A DNA stretch of 64,000 nucleotides, from the NCBI GenBank assembly GCA_963790475.1, contig CAWBOS010000012.1, positions 32,001-96,000 on the forward strand. Reading direction: 5' to 3'. The position numbers were made by a program, and so were the translations under genes. Each line of letters begins with the position of its first letter. Positions within the stretch are counted from its first letter, which is position 1. Of the stretch, positions 49,123 through 58,768 are shown in pieces. The DNA comes from an uncultured delta proteobacterium (GTDB lineage: Bacteria > Desulfobacterota > RBG-13-43-22). A model generated the notes under the pieces. That model saw only the letters and a program-made list of their open reading frames with translations. It was not told the origin of the DNA and did no database searches.

Positions 49123-50679
49123 CTAGCTTCGTTTATTGACCCTATTTACCTGGGCCAGCAGTTTATCCACTGGTGAAAGTTGAACTTCAGCAACCTTCAT
49201 TTCTTTTGGTCCTTCGGCGCAAACGGTCTCTGGTCCGCTTTCCCTCTTGACCCTTTCAGCAGCGCGGGCGGCTTGCAGGGCTTCCTCTTCGGCTTTAGCC
49301 TTGGCTTTGGCTTCATCCTTGGCCTTTTGTTCAGCCTCGACCTTAGTTTTGGCCTCGGCCTCGACCCTCGCCCTGGCCTCGGCTTCTGCCTTGGCCTTTG
49401 CCTCAGCCTCAACCTTCGCTTTGGCTTCGGCATCGGCTTTGGTTTTCGCTTCAGCTTCAGCCTTTATCCTGGCCTCTTCTTCGGCCGAAATCCTGGCTGG
49501 TTCTTCTACCTTCGGGGCTGCGGCCTTCGGGGCAGCCGGTTCGGCCTTCGGGGCCGGTTTGGCCGGAGCCGCTTTCGGAGCTGCTTCCTTGGCTTTGGCC
49601 GGAGCGGCCTTCTTTTCATCTTTGGCCGGTTCGGCGGCTGCAACGGCAGTCTTAACGATTTCCGGATATTCTCCTTGGGGTTTGACATTCAGAGCAGCCA
49701 GTTTGCCTGCCAGATCGGCCGGACTCAAATCCAGGTCCCCGGTAATCATCTGGTCTTTTAACCTGTTAACCAGTTTGACGGTCTCGGGATGTCTCAAAAT
49801 TAAAATGTCCGACCCGGCCAAAAGGTAAGATACTGCTCCAACTGATTCCATAAGGAACCCCCGTTTGGCCGCATCTCCTAAGGTAGGGGCTTCCTCGGCA
49901 GTCAGTTTGGCCTCCTTGGCCTTCCAGACCTCATTCCCGACATTGTTGATCATAGGATATTGGAGTTTTTCGTCTTCTTGAGCCAGGGCGGCCATGCGGA
50001 TCCGCTCCATCACCGAATAGGAGTACTCCAAACCGTATCCAAGCCCACCGGTGGTCGGATCGATAATGATTTTTTCTTTGGGGACCCCCAGGTTCTCCAA
50101 TAAGATGTTGAGCTGTTTTGCCAGGTTAACATCTATAGGGGTGGAGGCGATAATGGTATGATTATAACCAAGAGCTGAGGCCCCGATTTGCTTATGGTTC
50201 CCTTCTGCCACCGGCCCCAGGGTCAAATTCTCCCCTTGGCAGTCTTCGCTGATCTTTCTAAGGACTTCCGTGTCTTTCTTTTCATTTCCGGAGCCCCAGA
50301 CAATAACAGGGACTTTGACCGCTTTCAATACCTTCTTGACTACGGCCGAGGCCTCGTCCGGGCCTTTATCCAGCCCATTGGGATCGGTACTTTTAAGCTG
50401 AACGACAATGGCTTCAGCCCCAAATTCCTTTACACATTTTTTTGCCCAGGCCGCGGGATCAGTCAGGACATCGGCAAAAGGGCCTGTGGCGGCTTCCGGC
50501 CAGTCGTCCGGTTCCATATCCCAGACTTCCATAGCGATTTTGGGAGGATGAGGCATCTGTCCTTCAAACAAATGAAAGGGATAGGAAGTCTCCCCCCCGA
50601 CAGTGATGGGAGAAGCTTTTCCGATGGCAACCTCGTTTATTTTTCCTGAATAGGTGATTTTAGGTATTTCAAAGGCCAA
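49123..50679 (-). CDS. acsD: Corrinoid Fe-S protein small subunit with Ala/Lys/Glu/Pro-rich C-terminal extension
   Basis: [39 protein letters not shown]; GGAGG RBS before the TTG start. Confidence 0.93.
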   Translation of the reverse strand: MAFEIPKITYSGKINEVAIGKASPITVGGETSYPFHLFEGQMPHPPKIAMEVWDMEPDDWPEAATGPFADVLTDPAAWAKKCVKEFGAEAIVVQLKSTDPNGLDKGPDEASAVVKKVLKAVKVPVIVWGSGNEKKDTEVLRKISEDCQGENLTLGPVAEGNHKQIGASALGYNHTIIASTPIDVNLAKQLNILLENLGVPKEKIIIDPTTGGLGYGLEYSYSVMERIRMAALAQEDEKLQYPMINNVGNEVWKAKEAKLTAEEAPTLGDAAKRGFLMESVGAVSYLLAGSDILILRHPETVKLVNRLKDQMITGDLDLSPADLAGKLAALNVKPQGEYPEIVKTAVAAAEPAKDEKKAAPAKAKEAAPKAAPAKPAPKAEPAAPKAAAPKVEEPARISAEEEARIKAEAEAKTKADAEAKAKVEAEAKAKAEAEARARVEAEAKTKVEAEQKAKDEAKAKAKAEEEALQAARAAERVKRESGPETVCAEGPKEMKVAEVQLSPVDKLLAQVNRVNKRS

Positions 50680-51466
50680 TGGTTTTTCCTCCTTTTAAGA
50701 TTTTTAACAATATATTCATCGTTGATTAATTTGAAAAGCGGACTCTATCCTGTCCTCGTAAGAAGGTATGATAATGAGACGATCATGTAATAACCAGCAG
50801 GTTGATAATGTGGATTTTACTTCGCTTTACTCACATTCCTCAAAATAGGGACGGGGAATTTTTCGAATCCAACATGGTTGGTTAGATACCCCAAAGCAGG
50901 CAACAGGAGTTCTCTAAGGCAAAGTTTCGCTTTCTTAATCCTAAAGGAGAGAAGACCTGCGCTTGGCAGGGAATAAAAAAGCCAATCCTAATAATGTGAA
51001 AATTATTACTTACTGGAATATAATGTTGTTGTCAAGAAAAAATAACCAAATAATTTGCATTCCATTTCCTTTTTGCAAGTACCCCCCCCGGGGGGAGTAT
51101 CTTCTTGCCCAAAAAACACCCCTGATTCTCAAATTATTTCCGGTAAATTCTTTTAATTATCTATAGGATAAATTACGTAGAATAAATGCCGGGGCAGGCT
51201 CAATGCGACCGCAACACGACCAAAGGAAGCTTTCATCCCTCTGGAATTTTTTTCCTTGTCGAAAGACTGTTTACGGTAGAACAAGGCATTATATTTGCAT
51301 TGACTTAGTATTAATTTTTCAAAATACAAGTCAAGAAAAAGGCCTGTTTTTTGAAACATATTAAAATCTCTATTAAAATATAAAAACAAACCTTGGTAGA
51401 CCTTAAAGCATATTCGGGCCGGGGGTCAAATTTTTGACCCACATCTGAAAAAGGAGACAATGAATT

Positions 51467-52093
51467 ATGGAAATACAACCCGCACGTAACAACATTGAAA
51501 TCCTGGATCTCAAAATCGAACGTTCCATCCAAGAAGCATCCAACAAGAGGACATCCAAAGACAGTTTTTCAGAACTACTGAAGGCCGACGTGGGAAAAAA
51601 AATGTCTCCGCCCGAGTCCATCGATAACAATCCCGTTGAATATATCGTTAAGCCAGGAGATTCCCTATGGAAAATAGGAAGGAAGTTTTCTAATAAAGAC
51701 CCCTATCAGATCGCCAAAGAAAACGGGATATCTAAGCCAAACCTAATTCAACCAGGGCAAAAATTAATGATTTATGCCGCTCCTCCCAATACTGTTCCGA
51801 CCCTGGAAAATAGGGAAGTGACCGCCAGTTGGTATGGCAAAGAGCATCATCATAAGATTACGGCCAGTGGCCAGCGCTATGATATGAACAAAAAAACCTT
51901 GGCCCATAAGAGCTTGCCTTTCGGTACCAAAGTCAGATTGGTCAATCCTGAAAACGGGAAGGCTGCCGAAGGGGTGGTCATTGATCGCGGACCGTATATC
52001 AAAGGACGGGATGTGGATATCTCGTATGCCCTGGCCAAACAACTCGGCTTCGTTAAAAAAGGGGTAACAAAGTTGAATATAGAAATTATGTAA
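51467..52093 (+). CDS. LysM + RlpA-like lytic transglycosylase
   Basis: YIVKPGDSLWKI..NLIQPGQKL; ASWYG, TASG, AHKSLPFGT, DRGPY, DIS. Confidence 0.9.
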   Translation: MEIQPARNNIEILDLKIERSIQEASNKRTSKDSFSELLKADVGKKMSPPESIDNNPVEYIVKPGDSLWKIGRKFSNKDPYQIAKENGISKPNLIQPGQKLMIYAAPPNTVPTLENREVTASWYGKEHHHKITASGQRYDMNKKTLAHKSLPFGTKVRLVNPENGKAAEGVVIDRGPYIKGRDVDISYALAKQLGFVKKGVTKLNIEIM

Positions 52094-52178
52094 TGCCCAA
52101 TCGATAGCTGCTTACTTTTCAATCGTAAGATTAGAAGTTCTTTCCTTAATAGTTCCAGTTCGGATAACGAGGTGTCCC

Positions 52179-53150
52179 GTGGCAAAAGATAAATCCATTG
52201 TAAAAATTTTAGGGATCGGGATCATTCTATTATTTTCTTTAGCCCTTATTTCCAGCGAAGTCTGGGCCGGGGCCGGCGCAGGACGTTCCGGGGATTCCGG
52301 GGCAGCCGTACTTATTCAGCACCCCAGCCGCCAGGGGCCTCCCAATATCAAGGAAGTACCCGCCCTCTTCAGGATACATGTCCAACCCCAATAACCCCCC
52401 GCCTCAATCAACCGGGAGCCCTTTTCTGCGCGGCCTGGCCGGAGGTCTTGCCGGTGGTTTCCTCGGAAATCTGTTGTTTGGCGGCATGGGTCGGGCCGCG
52501 GGGTCCGGATGGGGTTCCGGTGGATCCGGTATTGGTTTTTTAGAAATTATTTTGATTATAGTGGTGATCTTTTTTGCTTCTCGTTTTATTCGGAACAGAA
52601 AAAAAAACTTAGTAGCCAAAACCGGTTCGCTGATTATTCTCCTTCCTCCTACCAACAACCCGAGACCTATTCCGCAGCGGCCCAGGGGCCGGATCAGGAT
52701 GTAGCTGTTGGAATTTCCAAGATTCAGTCCTTGGATCAGACCCTTGATCCTTTGGCTTTTAAAGACCGGGTCCAGGACCTGTTTTTTAAGATTCAGGCCA
52801 CTTGGGGAAAATCAGGATTTGGGTCCGGTCAGCCCTTTTCTTACCGATCAAATGAAAGGGATTTTTAACCAGGACCTGGAAGAACAGAAATCCAGTTGTA
52901 GCATCAACCGGTTGGAAAATATCGCCGTTCGTTCGGTGGATATCACCGAGGCCTGGCAGGAGGAAGGTAATGACTTTCTCACCCTGCTCTTTTATGCCAA
53001 TATCCTGGATTATACGGCGGACAAAACCACCGGCACTGTGATTTCCGGCAGCAAAACCGAACCGGTCGAATTTCGGGAATTCTGGACTTTTATGCGACCC
53101 ATGGGGGCAGAGACTCCTGGCAATTAAGCGCCATCCAGCAGGAAAATTAG
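52179..53150 (+). CDS. Tim44-domain protein, multiply frameshifted
   Basis: Pieces in successive frames: signal peptide, GLAGGLAGGFLGNLLF, FFKIQATW, NRLENIAVRSV..PVEFREFWTF, WQLSAIQQ. Confidence 0.75.
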
Positions 53151-53176
53151 TCCGGTAACACTGTAGGGTATGAGTG

Positions 53177-53226
53177 GGCCCGCATTTTCGACCATTTGAA
53201 GGCCAAGGGAAATGCGGGCTTTTTTC
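53177..53226 (+). terminator. Probable intrinsic terminator
   Basis: GCCCGCATTT...AAATGCGGGC followed by a T-run. Confidence 0.7.
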
Positions 53227-53741
53227 ATGATGTACCAGCCTGGATTTGCCTTATTTTGCCGGTTGAGTAGGCAGGCTCCCCATTTTTATACAACATAAGA
53301 GCAACATCCCTGTTGTATTCTCCTCTCCAAGAGACCTGTAACTATGCGATTATATCTCTTTCTTTTCTCTCGACCCCTCTTCTCCAACATGATAATCATA
53401 AAACCAAATAGGAACTTATTGTTTTTCTGAGTTTTTTGACCAGAAACTTTGAAAGGAATGCAAATGTCTACAGAAAATTTTCGTCATACCCTGTATGTCT
53501 TGTCTCTTCTGGTTATAATCTTCTTTCCCTCCACAGTTTTTTCGTCGAGCGATTATTGCAGTAAGGACTTTTCAATCCGCCTGCCGCCCGCCTTCGTCCG
53601 ATTCACCGAGATCTCGGTCTTGAGTGGTGAGGTGGAAAAAGTGGGCCAGTGGCCCAAGAGGAATTTTGATTCGATCTTTACGACAAAAGCCGAGGATGCA
53701 AAGAACTGATCCATGAAAAGAAGTATTATTGGGCGCTCAAC

Positions 53742-54152
53742 ATGGGTCTGGTGATTCGCAGACATTATGTATTGGCCTTGAAAAATCTAAAACCTTTGGC
53801 CGAAAAGTTGGAATCGGCCCAACAAAAAGTACCCGCCGAAGATTCAGGTGGACCGGGCAGAGTTTTGGGCATGTTGTATCTGAAGGCCCCACCCTGGCCG
53901 CAAAATATCGGGGACTACGACAAAGCTTTGGCGCTGTTAAAACAAACGGTCGAACAGTTCCCGCAGCATCCGCTCAATCATTTGTTTTATGCCCAAGCCC
54001 TTTGGGCCATCAACGAATCCGATTCCAGGGAAGAGATTCGAAGGGAACTTGAAAAAACCCGCGAATTACTTAAAGAAGAACGATGGGGATTTGCCACGAA
54101 GTTTTGGGTCAAAGAATTGGAAGAGTTTGAAAAAGAAATGCCCCCTCAATAA
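53742..54152 (+). CDS. TPR-like protein, probably a 5'-truncated fragment
   Basis: RVLGMLYLKAPPWP..GDYDKALALLKQTVEQFP.HPLNHLFYAQAL. Confidence 0.6.
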   Translation: MGLVIRRHYVLALKNLKPLAEKLESAQQKVPAEDSGGPGRVLGMLYLKAPPWPQNIGDYDKALALLKQTVEQFPQHPLNHLFYAQALWAINESDSREEIRRELEKTRELLKEERWGFATKFWVKELEEFEKEMPPQ

Positions 54153-54365
54153 TACACACCCATCCTCGATGCTTTATTATTTACCGGTCAATCAAAATCT
54201 GTACGAGACGGGTCCTAACCAAGCAAAGCGCTTGCCCCAATACAGTAAATCAATAACCTTTTCCCCTCAATAGGGCACTCCCAGCAATCCTTAAGGGTTC
54301 CCTTAAGGGGAGAGCTTTGTTGCGCCCCGGAGGGTCTTCAACCGCGGCCAAATCACTTCTCGAGG

Positions 54366-55028
54366 TTACTCTTCGGGGGGTCTGGTGTGGCGGATCATTT
54401 TGCCTTCATTCATATAGACCACCATCTCGGCCAGATTCGTGGCATGATCGGCAATACGCTCCAGGTATTTGGAAATGTAGGAAATCTTGACGGCCCGGGT
54501 TATGGTCGAGCTGTCCTTTATCATAAATAATAATAGTTCATTAAAAGTTTGCACCGTGAGCTGATCAACTTCATCATCCCTTTTAATCACGTCATAAGCC
54601 AGGGAGGTGTTTTTTTCCAGGAAGGCCTGGAGGGCATCCCGCACCATACCCTCGGCGATCTCAGCCATGCGGGGGATATCAATATAAGGTTTCAACTGAG
54701 GTTCTTCATTAAGTTCCAAGGCCCTTTCGCAGATATCCACGGCGTAATCCCCCATCCGTTCCAGATCCGTAGTGATCTTCATGGCCGTGGTAATGAATCG
54801 CAAGTCCCCGGCCGTGGGTTGGCGCAGGGCAATAAGCCTGATACATTCTTCGTCAACCGACACATCGAAGGCATTGATCCGGGCATCGTTTTCAATCACC
54901 TGCCGGGCCAGGTCACTGTTTCGTTCCACCAGAGATTTGATGGAACGGTCGATGGCTTCTTCCACCAGGGACCCCATTTTAAGGATCTGCACCTTGAGAT
55001 CGCTTAATTCATCTTCAAAGATAGTCAT
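54366..55028 (-). CDS. phoU: Phosphate signalling protein PhoU
   Basis: QPTAGDLR, DLERMGD, DDEVD, LERIADHATN. Confidence 0.96.
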   Translation of the reverse strand: MTIFEDELSDLKVQILKMGSLVEEAIDRSIKSLVERNSDLARQVIENDARINAFDVSVDEECIRLIALRQPTAGDLRFITTAMKITTDLERMGDYAVDICERALELNEEPQLKPYIDIPRMAEIAEGMVRDALQAFLEKNTSLAYDVIKRDDEVDQLTVQTFNELLLFMIKDSSTITRAVKISYISKYLERIADHATNLAEMVVYMNEGKMIRHTRPPEE

Positions 55029-55089
55029 GGCTTTTTCCTGCTTAAATTTTTCGGAGGATTATCATTTCAGATCATGTTAATATTCTATC

Positions 55090-56925
55090 ATGAAAGACAA
55101 TCCATTCCAATATCAAAATATTCGGTTTCTGCCCATCCTCCACAACCGCCTGGAGTTCGCCCTGGAGGTCCACCGGCAAATTCTTGAATTCCAGCCCCAG
55201 GTCATAGCGGTTGAGCTCCCCCCAACTATTCAAGAGCCGGTCTTGACTGCGGTCAAAAGACTGCCCGACCTCTCCGTGATCCTCTATCCTGAAAAATCAG
55301 GGCGTTATATTTATCTTCCCATAGAGCCGGTAGATGGAATTATTGAGGCCATACGCCTGGGCATCGAGAAAACCCTCCCGGTTTTTTTTATCGACCGGGA
55401 TACCGAGGCCTATCCCCAGAGGTCCGATCCCATGCCCGATCCTTATGCCGTCACCCAAATCGGTTATCGGTCCTATTGCCTGGCCTACCTTAAAGAACGG
55501 GGACAGGAGACCCCTTCGCCTGACGATGCCTTAAGAGAACGCACCATGGCCAGTCAGGCCCTCAGATTAAACCATCAATATCAGAGAATCCTGCTGATTT
55601 GTGGGCTGATCCATTGGTCGGGCATTGTTCACCAACTCGATAAGAACCCGGAATTGCCCTTGGGAAGACAGAAACGCTCCGGGGTCATCGTCGGATATTT
55701 GAAAGAATCCTCCAGCCGGGAAATCCTCTCTGAAATGCCTTTTCTGCAAAGGAGATATGAAGAAGAAAGGGCCTGTGCCGGTTCCCATGATTCCCATTTT
55801 CTAAAGCTGAATCGTCTGTCCGTTCAGGAAGAATTGTTAAACGGGGCCAAGGAAGCGCATCGGAAAAACAGCCGGGAAAAGATCGAGACCTATCAGTTGG
55901 GCCAGATAAGAAAATTTGCCCGTAACCTGGCCTTGATTCAAGGTAGTTTATCACCTGATTTTTATCAGTTGTTAATGGCCTCCAGGGGAATGGTCAACGA
56001 CAATTTTGCCTATGAGGTTTGGGACCTTGCCTCCCGTTATCCTTTTCAGGAAGCCTCCCCTCCATTGCCGGAAATCGAGGTAACGGCAGAAGATCTGCGG
56101 ATTAACCAAAAACAGATTCGTTTTTACCGACGTTTTCGGACTTTTCGACCTCGGCTGGTGCCTGTCCCTTTAAAAAAGAGGCCTTCTCCGGCAGAAAAAG
56201 AGGGATACAAAAAGCATTGGGACGGCCGGTATATCTGCTCCTATCCCCCGGAAGATATCCGGGTGGAAGGGCTGGGTGATTATGTCAAAAAAAAGGTCCG
56301 GGGTGTTTTGTCTCAGGAACAAGTCCGGGTGATTCCTTTTTCTTCCTCCATGATGGACGGTTTGGATATCCGGGAGACCTTGCGTCAGGTTGTGGAACAA
56401 AAGATCTATGTCCGGGAAGAGATCCAGGTCCGCGGACGGGTGGGATCAGTGGTATTTATTTTCCATGAGGATGAACCGCCGGAGGAGAAGACGGAACAGT
56501 TCCCATGGAAATTAACCTGGCTGGGGGAACACAATCAGGAATCGGATATGGCCTTTTATGCCACTCCGGCCGGAGATGAGGTGATCGGTCCGGGCATTTC
56601 CCGCTGTGAGTACGGCGGCTTTGTTTTGAGTTATCCCCCCTTCCGGATGGCTGACATCTGGAAAGACCGTTTTTTCAATATGGCCCGCTCCAAGGCCGAG
56701 AGATTGCTTCTATCCGGGATCGATTACAGTGAAGAACGGCTGGTGGCCTATATCGCCGCGAAACCTCCCCGTTCCTATTGCCATACTTTTGCCCATAACC
56801 AAGGTCGGAAGATCATCTACCTGCCCCTGGGCCAATTCTCTCCCGTGCTTCTGACCAAAATCCGCTTTTTTCATGTCCTGGAAAATCCGGATTTGCGCCG
56901 AGTCGCTCATTTCTATGTTCGGTGA
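55090..56925 (+). CDS. Conserved hypothetical protein (TraB/DUF5682-like N-terminus)
   Basis: 611-aa ORF with VIAVELP, FIDRD, RERTMA, ICGLIHW, ICSYPPED, GEHNQESDMAFY. Confidence 0.6.
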   Translation: MKDNPFQYQNIRFLPILHNRLEFALEVHRQILEFQPQVIAVELPPTIQEPVLTAVKRLPDLSVILYPEKSGRYIYLPIEPVDGIIEAIRLGIEKTLPVFFIDRDTEAYPQRSDPMPDPYAVTQIGYRSYCLAYLKERGQETPSPDDALRERTMASQALRLNHQYQRILLICGLIHWSGIVHQLDKNPELPLGRQKRSGVIVGYLKESSSREILSEMPFLQRRYEEERACAGSHDSHFLKLNRLSVQEELLNGAKEAHRKNSREKIETYQLGQIRKFARNLALIQGSLSPDFYQLLMASRGMVNDNFAYEVWDLASRYPFQEASPPLPEIEVTAEDLRINQKQIRFYRRFRTFRPRLVPVPLKKRPSPAEKEGYKKHWDGRYICSYPPEDIRVEGLGDYVKKKVRGVLSQEQVRVIPFSSSMMDGLDIRETLRQVVEQKIYVREEIQVRGRVGSVVFIFHEDEPPEEKTEQFPWKLTWLGEHNQESDMAFYATPAGDEVIGPGISRCEYGGFVLSYPPFRMADIWKDRFFNMARSKAERLLLSGIDYSEERLVAYIAAKPPRSYCHTFAHNQGRKIIYLPLGQFSPVLLTKIRFFHVLENPDLRRVAHFYVR

Positions 56926-56999
56926 AAGAAAAGGGGCTGGTGGATTATCCATCAAAAGGAGGGGACTATTAACCAAAAAGAGAAGAGGTTTGAATCGAA

Positions 57000-57245
57000 T
57001 CATTCATTAAAATATCGGCCGGGTTTAAAAATAAATCCGTCGTGTTCGGCCCAAAGCTTGAGACACCAATCAATGAGCCCTCTAAGCTCCTGCAGTTCTT
57101 CCGCCGCCGGCAAGACCTTTGGTAAATTGATCGTTTCGGTCCTCTGAAATTCCGCAAGTCTTTCTTTCAGGTTCTTGTTAAGTACTTTTAACTGGCTACT
57201 TATCTTTTCCTTCATATCCGCTTCCGACGGTTTGCTTCTGGGCAT
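57000..57245 (-). CDS. Small hypothetical protein
   Basis: 81-aa helical ORF with AAGGT before the ATG. Confidence 0.5.
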   Translation of the reverse strand: MPRSKPSEADMKEKISSQLKVLNKNLKERLAEFQRTETINLPKVLPAAEELQELRGLIDWCLKLWAEHDGFIFKPGRYFNE

Positions 57246-57322
57246 TGTTTACCTTCTTTATTTAAAAATAATCAAGAATAGGTTATCATATTTTTCCCTT
57301 TTATCCAAAAAATATTGAATTA

Positions 57323-57793
57323 TTGACCATGGAAGAAATATTCTCCAAGCTCATCTCCGGAGGACAAACCGGCGTGGACCGGGCGGCCCTCGATGCGGCC
57401 CTGGAATTGGGCTTACCGACAGGCGGGTGGTGCCCCAAGGGCCGGCGAGCCGAGGACGGCTCGATTCCCATGCATTATACTTTGCTGGAGACCAGCTCCT
57501 CAGCCTATCCGACCCGGACCGAAAAAAATATCCTGGGCTCGGACGGCACCCTTATCCTGACCTGGGGACGACCTACGGGCGGAACGGCCCTGACCATTAA
57601 ATTGGCCAGGGTTCACCAAAAACCGTTTTTGATTATTGACCTGTCCGCCGTAAAGGACTTTCATGCGGTTCGGGAATGGGGCAAGACTTACCAAATCAAA
57701 ATCCTGAACGTGGCCGGTCCCAGGGAGAGTGAGGCCCCTGGAATACATAATAAGGCCTTTTCTTTTTTAATAAAAATCCTTCGGTCCTTCTAA
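57323..57793 (+). CDS. Putative molybdenum carrier (SLOG-like) protein
   Basis: ISGGQTGVDRAALD, GGWCPKGRRAEDG, RTEKN, LNVAGPRES. Confidence 0.88.
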   Translation: MTMEEIFSKLISGGQTGVDRAALDAALELGLPTGGWCPKGRRAEDGSIPMHYTLLETSSSAYPTRTEKNILGSDGTLILTWGRPTGGTALTIKLARVHQKPFLIIDLSAVKDFHAVREWGKTYQIKILNVAGPRESEAPGIHNKAFSFLIKILRSF

Positions 57794-57803
57794 CGCCCCC
57801 TAT

Positions 57804-58616
57804 TTACCCCGGCGTTTCCATATTGGTCAAAACCAGCAGGCGGAGGGAATTTCCTTTGTAGTTCTTCCCCGACAAACAATAAAGGCTGGGAGGTTCCAGG
57901 CCGGATTCGATCACCATCGTCTTCCAGGTCTCGGCCTTGGAGTGCAAACGGTCCCGGGGATTCAACGGAAAAACAAAAAAATACCTGCCTGATGGCCGTT
58001 CCGATAAAATCCTTTTGATTTCTTTCAGCACTCGGGGCACATCGGGAATTAGGTCCAATAAATTAATACTGATGATTAAATCTCCGGTATGCTCCGCCAA
58101 GGGCAGGTGTTCTACCTTGCCGACCGTAAAATGAATGTTATTAATTTCTCTTTGCCGGGCCAGATGGGTTCCATGTTTGATCATGTGATGAGAAAAATCC
58201 AGGCCGAAAATTCTACTTCCTGGGCAACAGTACTGGGCCAGGAAAACCTCCTGCCAGCATGAACCGGCCCCCAGGCTGATGATGTTATGATAGGTTTCCA
58301 ACCGATCCAGGCGGTTTAACAATAAAAGTCCGCGGTTCAAATTCCTTCTCGAATATTCGGCCCAGGTGGGCGCCCAGCTTTCCCAGAAAAACGGGTTTTC
58401 TAATTTTTGTTCGGAGATCCCTTTGAATTTTTTTAAGGCCCTCTCCAGAGCTTCGAGTTCTTCGGTTCGCAATTCAGGTCCCAGGGTACTTTCCAGAAAT
58501 TCTTCCCAGGTTTTTTCAACCAATACCTGTTGAGGGGTCAAGGGGATAAATTGCCTTCCGAAATATGTGCCCTTCGGTGTTAATTTTATGGATTGGACCA
58601 GATTATTATTCATCAT
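57804..58616 (-). CDS. Class I SAM-dependent methyltransferase
   Basis: ISLGAGS, FGLDFS..MI, VEHLPL, DLIISINLLDLIPDVPRVLKEIKRIL. Confidence 0.75.
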   Translation of the reverse strand: MMNNNLVQSIKLTPKGTYFGRQFIPLTPQQVLVEKTWEEFLESTLGPELRTEELEALERALKKFKGISEQKLENPFFWESWAPTWAEYSRRNLNRGLLLLNRLDRLETYHNIISLGAGSCWQEVFLAQYCCPGSRIFGLDFSHHMIKHGTHLARQREINNIHFTVGKVEHLPLAEHTGDLIISINLLDLIPDVPRVLKEIKRILSERPSGRYFFVFPLNPRDRLHSKAETWKTMVIESGLEPPSLYCLSGKNYKGNSLRLLVLTNMETPG

Positions 58617-58625
58617 AGTTTTCCT

Positions 58626-58768
58626 GAGAGCCTTGAAAAAGGTTCAATTTTGGTCAAGATCAAGGAAGACGAAAATTTTAACCACAGGAATACATATAGT
58701 ATTTCGAGGATTAAAATTTGAGTCTGACACAGAGATTGGGCAAAAGGGGACATTTTTGAAAAACTCTC
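58626..58768. repeat. ~143-bp structured MITE-like intergenic element
   Basis: Imperfect terminal IRs (GAGAGCCTTGAAAAA / TTTTTGAAAAACTCTC) and an internal hairpin AAATTTTAA..GGAATAC..GTATTTC..TTAAAATTT. Confidence 0.55.

Noticed and set aside
49180-49828. Long plus-strand ORFs rich in Ala/Ser/Leu or Gly/Phe
   Set aside because: Antisense shadows of the repetitive acsD tail.
51180-51260. c-di-GMP or c-di-AMP riboswitch upstream of the LysM-RlpA gene
   Set aside because: The expected conserved motifs were not found.
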